A stretch of DNA of 64,000 nt from Octopus bimaculoides (lineage: Eukaryota): NCBI RefSeq assembly GCF_001194135.2, contig NC_068996.1, forward strand, positions 13,108,852 through 13,172,851, written 5' to 3'. Every line of letters begins with the position of its first letter. Position 1 is the first letter of the stretch. This document shows, one piece after another, positions 26,701 to 39,529 of this stretch. The position numbers and the translations under genes are program-made. Under the pieces are notes generated by a model that had not been told where the DNA came from, did no database searches, and was given only the letters and a program-made list of their open reading frames with translations.

Positions 26701-27996
26701 TCGGTGTCGTCGTTCTTTTTATTGTTGCTCGTTGTACTAACAACACTTACTCGATTGCTTTTTCATAAGATTTTTGTTTATTCATGTATTCTCGTTACAT
26801 TTTCATTGTTAATATGTCTAAATTTACCTTTTTCTTAATCTAACCAAGACTCCAGTCGGCTAGTTAGTCCTTTGTTTCTTGCCCCGTTCGAGGTTAAGAA
26901 AAAAAAATGTTGACAAAAATTCTGAAAAATCTTTGTTTCGAAAAAGCAATTTTAAGATGATGGTCGCTTTTACTGGTGGGTCGGGGAGGAGGAGGAGGAG
27001 GAGGAAGAACTGGAATGTAACTTTCAAAGAAGGGTGGAATTTATCTCTGAGTCTTTATTTTTCTGTCTATCAATGATTGAAGGTTTTCCCTTTCAGCGAA
27101 ATACAATGACTAAAATAGTACACCACTGCTTACTGTGACGGGCGTGAGCAACAGCAGCCGCGAAAGCTACAACAACAACAACAACAACAACAACAACAGC
27201 AACAACAACAACAACAACCCGCCACCTGTGAAATTTCCCCACAACAGGTAGTGGTGTCGACAACAAAAACTCTATCAAGACACTACCACAAACAATAGTA
27301 GCAGTAGTTAAAGGAAAGATAATGCAAAATCGAGAGTAATTCTTTTACCATTGCCACCACCACCATTATCCCCATCTTAGTACTTAACAGTGACAGTTAA
27401 AAAAATACAGAAAACAAAAACAACAACAACAACAACAAAAAAGCAGACAAAGGAACAAAAGCAAANNNNNNNNNNNNNNNNNNNNNNNNNNNNNNNNNNN
27501 NNNNNNNNNNNNNNNNNNNNNNNNNNNNNNNNNNNNNNNNNNNNNNNNNNNNNNNNNNNNNNNNNNNNNNNNNNNNNNNTTAAAAAAATACAGAAAACAA
27601 AAACAACAACAACAACAACAAAAAAGCAGACAAAGGAACAAAAGCAAATAAGAATAAAAGTGAAGCTGTTATATGACAATAAGGAAAGCACTAACATCGA
27701 TATATCACTACTATAACGACCAAAAGTAGATAAATAATCCTATTACGGCAACTTCGACAGCGGATAACTCTAACACCTATGCAACCACCACAACTACCAA
27801 TGTGACTACCCAAAGCAGTAGCAGCACTAATACCACGAAGGCCAAATGTTTCGAAGGAGCGGCAACGGTACCGCATGGGTTTCTAAGGCATTCAAACATC
27901 AAGTTTTAAAGAAATGAACATCAGGCAAAGATCTACGTTATAAGTGCCCCCGTAGCTTGCAGAAATAAGTGCCAGAGGAACACTAGTTTACAAGTA

Positions 27997-28047
<51 letters not shown>

Positions 28048-28265
28048 TATCATCCAGTGTTTTAAATCCGGGTTTTGTCCCCCATTAACGGGGTCGGCCG
28101 GATCTACCTCAATGCCATAAAAACCGCCCTCACACCATCTCGCCATCTTGCCCTGTTTTGGGCATCCCCCCTTCTCAAGACAACCCTCGCAGTCTTTTCC
28201 TCCACCTGTCTCCTCCGCGTTTTCCTCCGTCTACCACGCTTTCTCGATCGGTGAAAAAAGTGTGC
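27997..28265 (-). mobile_element. RTE-clade LINE 3' end with (GAT)n tail
   Basis: Minus strand gives RKRGRRRKTRRRQVEEK..LRRGDAQNRARWRDGVRA, matching the RTE C-terminal R.RGRP..TW...V..D....A.DR..WR. A short UTR and (GAT)n follow. Confidence 0.8.
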
Positions 28266-29499
28266 TGGTGGAAATGCTAGCCAATGTGGGGAGGTGCTTG
28301 CGGGAAATATGCGGGAAGTATCAGCCAACGTGGAAAGTTGCTCGCGGGAAATATGGGCGATATAGACCCGATCATTAAGACCCGATATTTCGGAGTCGGC
28401 GAAGTGCAGTTTCTTAACGAGACCCTCACAGTAGCGATTTCAGTTGTCTTCTGTCGGAGTGTGAAATTTATCTGGGAAGATGGATAATTAATGTGAAGAT
28501 ATAATGTGTACTACTGGTGCAGGACATATGATGAATCGTAGTATGTGTGTAGAAGGCATTCATGTGTGACACACGAGTCCTCAACCGTGACGTGGAATTC
28601 TAACCCACTCGGGAGTTGAATTAGATCCGGCGATAAAGATGAAAAAGATGGAAAATTGTTCCCATTAACTGTAAGAGATAAAGAAAAAAGGACAAAATAA
28701 ATCTTTCCTTATTAAAAAAAAAATGAAGAAAAACCAGATGATTTTTTAAGGATGATTTTTATGGTACATCATCAAAATTAACTCCATCATCGCCACCGCA
28801 TTCATCACCACATACACCACCACCACCACCACCACCACCACCATCACCCTGTACCAGTTCCATCGCCTTCACTACCACCTCTATCACCATTAACACATCT
28901 ATCACTACCACAACCACCACTTCTATCATTAGCACCACTGCCACAGCCACCGTCACCACCGCCATCACCTCCGTCGCTCCCTCCCTCTATCGGAGAGAAT
29001 TTCAACACTGCAAGCACATGACAAAAGCACAAGCACAGCTTAATCTGCATCTGCGCCATAACTAGAACAATAAATACTCACAAATAAATAGATAAATAAA
29101 TGAACATTAAAAGCTATAGGATTATAGACAACAAAGAAGTAATGAATAACATGTACCAAAAGCAAAACATTACACGCCATAACTATATATCTCAAACAAA
29201 TAATATATCAACGCACACAAATCTTAAATACAACATATCGTATCTAGATAGAGTATCCTCAATACACGTAAATAGAGATAACGTTGATAATAAACGTCAC
29301 AGATTTGTAATGTGTACGGTCGAATAGGGTACAGAGATGCATCTTTACCAGTGCGCAAAGATTCCAGATATTGGCTTAGCGTATATATTAAGCAGACAAC
29401 CGTCAACGAAAAATAGTAAAACGGCCGATGACAGTAATGGACTAGCGATAGACAAAACTATATTGGGTGGTGGGGGTATTGTTAGAGACTTAGAAAAAA

Positions 29500-31600
29500 A
29501 TGCTTAGGAAAGCCATTGCAACTGACCTGCTTGCAAGGAGATGAGCCTTTTACCAATTCTCCAACTCGAAGCATAAAGGCTATGCTGTAAGCGCTAAAAC
29601 GCGTACTCTAAAGCACACAGTGATGAAAAGTGCTCGATGCATCAAGATGACAGAGGTGTCACATGGCAATAAAGATGCCCGGTTTTTAGCGGGCCATGAT
29701 GCAGGCGTGCTACTCTATTCCAAGTAGAAAAAGGTGACTTTTTAATGGCACTTTGCGAACCGGATCGGTGGGTGATATTCAATGCCTACCTCCTCTGGTC
29801 TGCCACGACACTCGGTGAAAGAAGCAGATTTGCAGCTGCGGAAATATGAAAAGCGAGAGACAGTACCACTCTGAGCAAATCGATAACTTTGGTTTGTCTA
29901 ACAAACACTGCTTTATATTCTGAATTTCTTCACTGAACTCTACAGAAACGGGTAGCAGAATGGGAGAATCACCAGTTGTATGAGTGAGTCAAAGAGTGGT
30001 AGGGGTTTTAGAACAATGTAATCCTACCCCTCCGCAAAAGCGCATGGGTCTACATTGATAATTTTCGGACCATAACTTTCTTAAACGCAGATATCAAGAA
30101 TTTGGCCTAGGCGTGAGCGGAGCGGGTGGGCGTTTGTCGTCAGTAGACTGGTAATGCGTAGACAAACCCCACACAGAACACATTCTCCCCGATAACCTCC
30201 ATCTTCAGTTCATCATAGTGAGGGTGAGTAAAGAACCTAGCATAGCTGGATCCCTGATGAACCGAAAGCTTGAATCATCAGAAAGCTATCAATAGCGATA
30301 CCACTCTCAAATACTTGGCATTTGTTTTCACAGCAGCCAGTTTCCGTCCATCTATAAGGATAAGATCGCTGCAGTGAGGAAAGACATCCATTCAGTAATC
30401 AATGTAAATGACCACCTATTGGAATCATACAGTATCATGCACTCGGTCTGTCGAGGTTGTTGCTTCTTGTATCTGATATATGTACTAGATCTTGAGTCAC
30501 TACTGTGAAAACTAGAGACACTGAGAGACGTTACACGTAAACTAGCATATGATCAGTACCGGCATATTTCACTGTCATAGTATCGGACACCAAACTGATC
30601 TAGTTGACCGGCGTTGCCTTACGGGACTCCAGTGCATTGATAGTAACCATAATGAACCAGAAAACGTCAATGGATCTGGAGAAGCAGATCTTTACCACCC
30701 AACAGCGTCGTAAAGCGCTAATAGACTGGTTATAAATAGTTTGGAGTCTGGCTGGTTTGGTCCACCTCATTATTTAGAGAACTAGGACGAGGTAATGACA
30801 ACAAAGGTGTGTCTAACCCAGGACAAGTCGAGAGAAAGATACCACGCGCATAATATCTACCTCACCTGACCGTCGTGCCTTGCTGTATTGAATATCGTTC
30901 TGGACTAAAGGATCTGCTCTTTTGATTTTTGTAAAAGAACACGTCTCACTGATGAGGCGGTCCATTTGCGGTTAACATTCGCTATGTGGGGATCTTGGTA
31001 TGTTAAGACTGATAATGCGCAGGCATGCATTGAGTCTGCGACATTTCAGGCAATTCTTGAGAATAGACAGGTGTGATAGCTGCTTGTTTTTCCTCAACTC
31101 GTCTCTTTGACACAGCTACAGTCCTCGATCAAACAAATACCAAGACAGAGTACTTGATGTTCGAAATAGCGTAAATCACTCCTGTTCATCACTCCGTCGG
31201 GTAATGCGAAAAATAATTGTTCACAGGTAACGTTCTATTGAAAAATAGTTACGAAAAAAATCGACTAAGTCCTCGTGCTAAATCTAGGCGTCGATGAATA
31301 TTTACTGGCTGGTCTGAACCGAAAGACTTTTAGGTCAAAACTCATGGATAATTTCCAGAAATCTCTGGCCTGTTGGTGCTACCAGGACGCATTGTGGTTT
31401 AAACTCTTTAGACACGTGAAGGCTGTCAACTGGGTCTTTCTGAAACGCAAGCCGGGCAGCGAAAACTTTCTGCACGCAGTCGTCTAGTGCCCCAGCATTA
31501 TCAACTTGTGTGTTATGTCGAACACCTGCTGTCATACGTAAGACGGATTCAGCTACCAGCTGAGTCCACCGTGAAAATGTATCTACTACTGTTCTTTGAT
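29500..31600 (-). mobile_element. DIRS/Ngaro-like tyrosine-recombinase retrotransposon, heavily deleted
   Basis: Minus-strand order is gag-like LHVSKEFK..GQRFLEI (~31335-31450), RT-like VVIYID (30398-30415) and GIAIDS (30285-30302). RNase H-like KAVFVRQTKVIDLLRVVL (29861-29920) and YR-like AYSIAFMLRVGELV (LRVGEL 29554-29571) follow. Confidence 0.6.
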
Positions 31601-31999
31601 CAGGAAGGGCAGATAGATTTTTTCTGTCTCGAGTCTATAGTAAATTTAAATGGTTGAAGATTGACATTTCCACTTTGGTCAAGGTCTCAAGTTTTACAAG
31701 ATAGACTCGAAAAAGGAAACGAGAGCAAAGAGTGAAGTGCTTACCTCCAGCAAATTTGTTCAAAGATAAATGAGAATGGCGATTATAATCCGAGTGAATG
31801 GTCTGCTCTGCGGGGGCAATTGCAGACTGGAGAACTACAACTGGGAGAAGACCCTTACGTTAGAAGTCAAGGTGACTTTTTTGCTTGGTTTTGTTACAGA
31901 TAACCCTCAGAAGTTTGCCTTCTTTCTATGCTTTTTATGTAATCCCATACTAAACCCTGTACAACCTTCGATCTTTTTGTCAATACATGTGGTTAATTA

Positions 32000-33120
<1,121 letters not shown>

Positions 33121-33122
33121 AA

Positions 33123-33330
33123 CGATGAACTGGCAGAATCTTTAGAGCCTCGGTATAAAAAGTGCTTTGCAGTGCATTTTCTGGCTGTTTACGTTCTGAG
33201 TTCAAATTCTGTAGGAGCCGACTTTGCTCTCATCCATTCGTGGTCGATGAAATATGTATCAGTTAAAACCATGGATTCATTTTAATCGATAAGTCTCAAA
33301 ATACCTGGCCTTGCACCTATACTCAAAAGA
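33123..33330 (+). mobile_element. SINE family A, diverged
   Basis: actggcagaatc..acgttctgagttcaaattctg..gccgactttgctctcatccattcg, homologous to the 14059 copy. Confidence 0.8.
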
Positions 33331-33421
33331 ACTATTATTATCGTATCGAACTTTCTCTTTTGCTTGAGGCCCCGAGTGGGGGCAATAAAGAAATGATAAT
33401 AAAAATAATAATGTGATCGTC

Positions 33422-33424
<3 letters not shown>

Positions 33425-33481
<57 letters not shown>

Positions 33482-34990
33482 GTTGTTGTTGTTTTTTTTC
33501 TGTCTTCAAATTTTCTTCCATTTCTTGCCGAGTGTTTTCCGTACACCTAGGGCAGAGAAGCTCATTGTATGCATTCCCAGTTTACACACAAGCAAATTCA
33601 CAGGTAAAATATGTATGTAAAAAGATTAATAAATAAATAAATTCATGAATGGATGTTGTTTTCACAGTGATAATGCTCTTCTCAGTACATGAGTCGTTCC
33701 AGTTAACACGATTTTTTGCACTTCCTGTAGGGATGGTAAGCCTGGTATCATTTTCAAATAGGTTTCAGTGCCTTTTTTTTTATCATTGCTAGAGATCCTA
33801 CAATTACTGGTACGGTAGTCGCCTTGAGGTGCCACATTTTTTCAATTTCTATTTGCAAGTCTTTTCTATTAGAAAGTCTTTTCTGTTTCTTTCATGATGA
33901 TATGTTAATCTCCTGGTACTACTACCGTTTGGCAATTCTATGCCCCTACAATTTACTCTTTTCCTCGCTTCAAATAAGCACCACAAACTTCGAGATACCG
34001 AATCCCATCCCTATATTCTTGCTGTACATTTGCACAGTCTCAGCCAACCTCTCCATTTCAGGCTCTGTTTTTGCGAACAGTTTTAAATCATCCATGAAAA
34101 GAAGGTAGTTGAGACGAGGCCCGTTCTTTCGCATGGTGCACGTTGATTTTACGTAGGACTACAAAAAGCGGGATCAAGGCTATAACAAACAGCAGAGGTG
34201 AACAAGAGTCTCCTTGGAAGATACCTCTTTTGATTGTTACCTCCTTGGCTAAGTGCTAGTTGTTACAGGAAAGACACGATTTCCAACTAGGCATGCTGTT
34301 CTTAATCAGTGCACACACGTTCTCAGCTATTCCACACATGTGGAGTGTTTCCAAAATCCACGAGTGCGGCAACATGTCGTAAGCCTTTTTAAAATCTATC
34401 CAGGCCATACACAAGTTTTTTTGGTACCGTTTACAGTTCTTCCTTACTGCGTTGTCTATCACAAGGCAGTCCTTGGTGCTCTTGGATCCTTTTCAGTATC
34501 CCTTTTGTTTTACTGGCAGGAGATTGCTTTCTGCAAAGAACGTATATATTTTCCCTGCAAGAGTACCTGTCAATATTTTCTAGGAGGTTAAGACAAACAA
34601 CGGGTCGGTAATTACCAGCCTCATTGGCCTTTGACCGATCTTTCATTAACAATGTTGTTCTTCCCTCTACCATCCACTTCGGAACTGTACCGTTCTGTAG
34701 GCAATTGTCTAATTGCGACGCAATTCTCTTGTATATTGATCTAAACCATTTGAACCAGTAGCCTTGAATTCCATCTGGTCCTGTCGCTTTCCAGTTTGGC
34801 AGTTTTGATATCTGTGCAATGTCATCTTTCGTTGTTATGCACACATGGCCCTGCTGTGGAGCCTCCACGTGATGGAGTTCAGATCTCACGGAATGTATCT
34901 ACTCAGCACCGTGGTTGTGCGAAACTTCTTGCCCCAGATATTATTCCAAAATTGGCGGGTTTCTTCTGCATCAGGATCCTAAGCCCTTAA
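33425..34990 (-). mobile_element. R4/Dong-like RLE non-LTR element: RT domain joined to extreme C-terminus, 3' UTR and (AAT)n tail
   Basis: DPDAEETRQFWNNIWG, KLPNWKATGPDGIQGYWFK..NYRPVVCL, MAWIDFKKAYDMLPHSWILETL, RGIFQGDSCSPLLF and NYLLFMDDLKLFA. Then KDLQIEIEKMWHLKATTVPVIVGSL..LQEVQKIVLTGTTHVLRRALSL* and a (TAA)n tail at ~33425-33480. Confidence 0.9.
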
Positions 34991-35075
34991 AAAAACTGCC
35001 TCTGGTTATTTGAGAATAATCGGTTTTGTTGGAATTGTGATATGCGTTCAGTGTAGCGCTGCACCTTTAATGCTT

Positions 35076-35290
35076 TAACCCACCATCCGCCTTAGTGAAG
35101 GCAGACGGTATTGTTTTCAGTCGTGTTTGTTTGTTTGTTTGTCTGTGGACAAGATCTCTCAAGAACGGCTGGATGGATTCAGATGAAACTTTCAGGGATG
35201 TCTGGCCTCGTGACTGGCACGAACTGATTAGATTTTGGGATCGATCAGGTACTGGACAAAGATTCTGGATTATTTGTTATATTTACTTTA
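35076..35290 (+). mobile_element. Short non-autonomous element resembling DINE-1/HINE (Helentron-associated) repeats
   Basis: 5' hairpin ccgcct-tagtg-aaggc, then ggtattgttttc, a (GTTT)n microsatellite and gatggattcagatgaaactttcaggga..gattagattttgggatcgatc. The resemblance is from recalled consensus. Confidence 0.5.
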
Positions 35291-35579
35291 CATGAAGTAT
35301 TACGATCTTACGTTGACTTTTAAGACTTTTTTCTGATTATCTCCCATAAAAAGCTCACTCATGGTTTCCATGTAAGTTATGGCGGCGTTGCTGTTTCCAA
35401 AGTTTTATTTTCGTTTCTCTATTATTAATTTTACACGCATCTCTATCTTAGTAGAGATTGATTGATAAAGGAATCAAACTACATAAATAAACTGCAGCAA
35501 AACTGTTCAGAAATTTAATAACACTAACATATTCAGTAACAATAATAAATTTAATTTATCCTCGGCAATTTTTAGTTTT

Positions 35580-36545
35580 ACCAATTTTGAATATATATCC
35601 CTTGTTTAAAACCTCCTACATACTTGACAATTGGTTTGGCTCATCTTTCTCGTTTTCGGTCTTCACGATATTCTGGTCTGGAGGTATAGCTACGTCGATG
35701 AAGATCCATTCTTTGGATTCCTTCCGTATGAGAGTGATATCTGGTCGGTTATGTAACAACTTCTTATTTGAGTAGATTGGCATATCCTACATTAGTATTT
35801 CTTTATCACTCTCTGCAACTGGCAACAACATTGGTGCTCATACCACCCTGTTCCATCTTCCTGCACAATTCGCAGTGTATTCGCACTGTCACTTTTGTCA
35901 TGGCGCTTTTGTTCTTCTTTTGGGCAGTTTTGAACATCCACTAATTATATGTCTTACTGTCTCAGATGATTTACCACATAATCTACTCTGCAACTTGTTT
36001 GAGTTGGCTCATAAAGCTTGTTCGTGAGTAGCAAGAATCAATCCTTCTGACTCCTAAAGAAAAAAAAAAAACGTCTTAATCATTTCTAAAATATTGGGTT
36101 GTCCGGAAAGTTCGTGCCGATTTATAATAGCTTACCTTTCAACTTATTTGCCATGAAACCACCTCAATTCTGGGAAGAGGGTATTTTCAAATTAAAGGAA
36201 AGATAGAGACGCATTGTGCAACAAAATGGTTCATATTTGGTTGATTAAAAATGTAATGGCAAGTATTTATTGACCTTTTTCTTTCCTTTAAAAATCGGCA
36301 CAAACTTTCCGGACAACCCGATACTCCATTTTCTACTCCTGGAGGATCTCACCATTGTCAGTGATTACTTTCGCATTCAAGAATATTGTTTTCGTCGCCA
36401 TTTCTCATAAAGGTACTTGGCTTTCTTCATAACACTAACATATTTTCTAACCAATACTCTTCCATCATCGTCCCTACGTAAGTAAAACCCCGCTATGCTA
36501 CTTCTAGTTTTAAGGCGCCCATGCATAACCATTATCCTGATCAAG
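35580..36545 (-). mobile_element. R4/Dong-like fragment: post-RT region, CCHC knuckle and PD..D RLE endonuclease
   Basis: IMVMHGRLKTRSSIAGFYLRRDDDGR (36380-36540), ESEGLILATHEQAL, ETVRHIISGCSKL..KRHDK and HNRPDITLIRKESKEWIFIDVAIPPDQNIVKTENEK. Confidence 0.85.
36094..36321. mobile_element. Mariner-type MITE, 228 bp, 30-bp TIRs, TA TSD, nested in the R4-like fragment
   Basis: ta|ttgggttgtccggaaagttcgtgccgattt ... aaatcggcacaaactttccggacaacccga|ta. The TIRs match at 28/30 positions. Confidence 0.93.
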
Positions 36546-36547
36546 TT

Positions 36548-36742
36548 TTCTTCTTCTTCTTCTTCTTCTTCTTCTTCTTCTTCTTCTTCTTCTTCTTCTT
36601 CTTCTTTTTCTTCTTCTTCTTCTTCTTCTTCTTCTTCTTCTTCTTCTTCTTTCTCATCATCATCATCATCATCATCATCATCACCACCACCACCATCACC
36701 ATCATCACCATCATCACCATCACAAACACCACCACCACCACC

Positions 36743-36776
<34 letters not shown>

Positions 36777-36815
36777 TCAGCTGCAGCAGCAGCGGCGGCG
36801 GCGGCGGCAGCAGCA
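36548..36815. repeat. Compound trinucleotide tract (TTC)n(CAT)n(CAC)n(GCA/GCG)n
   Basis: Direct inspection. It explains the poly-E/D/G/A ORFs. Confidence 0.95.
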
Positions 36816-37778
36816 TTAATTTGGGTACAAGGCATAGCCAGCTAGTTTGAAAGTTGGGTGGCTGGTTAAATAAAGTTTGGCCTTGGAGAAATTTGACTGT
36901 CCTTCCCTGTAATGCTTCCCGGATCGATTAAATAAAGTATCGATATTGAACAACTAGGGATCAATGGTATCGACTGACCACCACCTCTTAAAAAATTGTT
37001 TTGTATGTTACATCTGTGTTACTTTGTTGTTGTGAGAAATTTTGTTTTATTTCTGTTGTTATTTTTTAATGTTTCATTACTTTTATGTAGAAACCACTCA
37101 ATGAACGCTGCGTTAATACCACTGATGGTGATTTCCTTTAAGTGTTGTATGAATTGTGTTTCACTTTCAGTTAAAATAAATTTGGCACTCAGAAAACACT
37201 ATAGCTTACCTCCTCCTCCTTCTCCTCGTTCATTAATTTTTATATTATTCAATCTTAAATAATTTCCATTAACATGCAGTTATTATCTTCCATTTACCTT
37301 TTAATGTTTTATAATATTTTTTTAGTGTTTTAGCGTTGACTGTTGGTTGTGTAGATTAATTTGCTGAATGGGGTGTATTACATTATTGAGTGGCAACTTT
37401 ATACAACAGAGGTTGTGTGAGTTGTTATGTGGTGTGTGGGTTGTATTATGATACCAGGTGTCGATTATTTAAGAGAATGACGTGTGTTGATTTATTGGGT
37501 GACAATTTCGAAGAGTATGTATCGAGTGTGTTTTGTCACTTTATTGGCTGGTGATTTTGCCCAATTAGGTTATTCTAGTTAAGGTCGTTTGTTTCGTCAC
37601 AAAATTGACGGCCAGATGGATCACTGTTTTGCTCAAGTTCAATTCAGCTTCATTTAGAATTAAACCTTGAAAGCAACTGAAATTTAATTAAAAAATTTGA
37701 ACCTAAAATTTATACCGTCTAAATAGTTTGTGTATATATATGTAATTATTTTTATATGTTGTATATAAGGAATCGCAT

Positions 37779-37819
<41 letters not shown>

Positions 37820-38664
37820 CAAGTATATATTTGAGATTGAAGGAGCTCTATTTAATGGTCGAGACGTATCAAAGTGGAGCATACCACACTTGACGGTTCG
37901 ACAGTATGACACAAATGAACAGATAAGCAATCCCTTCCATTAGTGAGTGTTCATGAATATAAAGAAGTTCACTGTTGCTTCGTAATTTGTTAATCCAATC
38001 ATATCCTAAATTGAGTGGAACTTTAAGCCTGGCATAATATCAGAATAGAAAACAGAGGAAAGGATTGTATGGTCTCGCTACAGTGTCTCATTGGGGTATG
38101 TAAGACTCGCAACAATCATAAGATTATGAAATGCATCATTATATAATAAAATCCGAAATATCAGGCAACCATATGCAGGTCAATATTTCATATGTCACTG
38201 AACTGAATGAGACATTGAATTCATACACCTATCTTCCTAAACATGTATAATGGTAAAATGTTGCACAGAAAGACGACGAAGGAACATACGGAACACAAGA
38301 AAGAAACGCACAAAAGATGTCAACCAATATTCCTCACAATTTCAACGCCTTATCGATAGTATTGTTCATTTTGATGGTGCCAACAAGAAACGCTGTTAGG
38401 ATATATGTGAGCGGAGATGAAGGTCGGAATGAAAGATGTAGGAACAAGAAGATAAAAAGAAAGAAAAAAATGACTAGGTCTAGACCAAACGGTAAACTAT
38501 ATGAAAGAACGGAAAATGAAAGACGGTAACAAAAACAAACAAATAATAAAGGATACAAGTATTAATTTATACAAAGAAAGCCTTTCAGCTGATAAGACAA
38601 TCAAAACAAGACATAACCGAAACGAAGATATAAACAGAGATAAACAACACACATATTTGTTATG

Positions 38665-38776
<112 letters not shown>

Positions 38777-38871
38777 TCTATCTATCGTCTTTTCTTTTTT
38801 TTGTAAATTTTCACTATAAATCTACCTACCTACCTACCTACCTACCTACCTACCTACCTACCTATCATCTA

Positions 38872-38912
<41 letters not shown>

Positions 38913-39124
38913 GCATGGAAGGCCTTACACCTATAAGACAAAACATGGGCGAAAGTAACTCTAACAAGAAATTCAAGTGTAAATTTCACAGATTTGAAGA
39001 TACATAGATGTTATTTAATATTTTGGTTATTAGCGGCAGAAGTAGCCTTTGGAACGAACGTTAACACAGCCAACCAAACTAGGATGTGTTGTTTATGACC
39101 CCGTAGACTGCTGTGAAAGTTTTG

Positions 39125-39411
39125 AAAAATCATTTTGTGTAGACTATAGGCGCTAAGAAACATCGAAATTCTATCGGTTGACGAAATTTCATCAGCACCA
39201 GTGGATGACATTATTGTATACAAAACTCACTAGCTTTTCTCGATATCACTGGCTGTTTGACCAGTATTACTCTTATATGTTGACCAATTTTCAGTCTGGC
39301 ACTCGGAGCTTGGCTTCCTACAGCAGTGCCATCCGCAAGTGCTGAAGAATTTTCGTCAACCGATAGAATTTCGATGCTTTTAGCATTTGTCATCTACACA
39401 AAATGATTTTT
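39125..39411. repeat. Inverted repeat, ~73-bp arms, 140-bp spacer; probable PLE 5' inversion
   Basis: 39125-39198 is the reverse complement of 39339-39411, with a diverged middle. Both arms begin GTG-CTGA(T/A)GA. Confidence 0.8.
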
Positions 39412-39529
39412 CGGGTCATTCACTGAGTCTCCGGCGTTATAAACAATACAGCCAAGTGAGGGAGAATGTTTAATATTTAATATAACTTTTTAGCTGTTGC
39501 ATCTCAAGTATTCGTTGTGTAAGCTTTGG

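Noticed and set aside
27400-27647. Identical ~67-bp direct repeat flanking an N-gap
   Set aside because: An exact duplication on both sides of a gap is the typical sign of unmerged overlapping contig ends.
30254-30270. CTGATGA..GAAA hammerhead-like string
   Set aside because: Only 3 nt separate the core elements (no stem II), and it lies inside the antisense of the DIRS-like RT.
36377-36850. Poly-Ala/Asp/Gly/Glu protein-like ORF
   Set aside because: It is a compound trinucleotide microsatellite abutting an R4-like fragment. Only the last ~55 codons are real TE sequence.
37000-37620. Possible decayed PLE N-terminal region on the minus strand, with GUCA/UGAC-GAAAC
   Set aside because: The similarity to 17200-17350 is compositional (C/A-rich) and no diagnostic protein motif was recovered.
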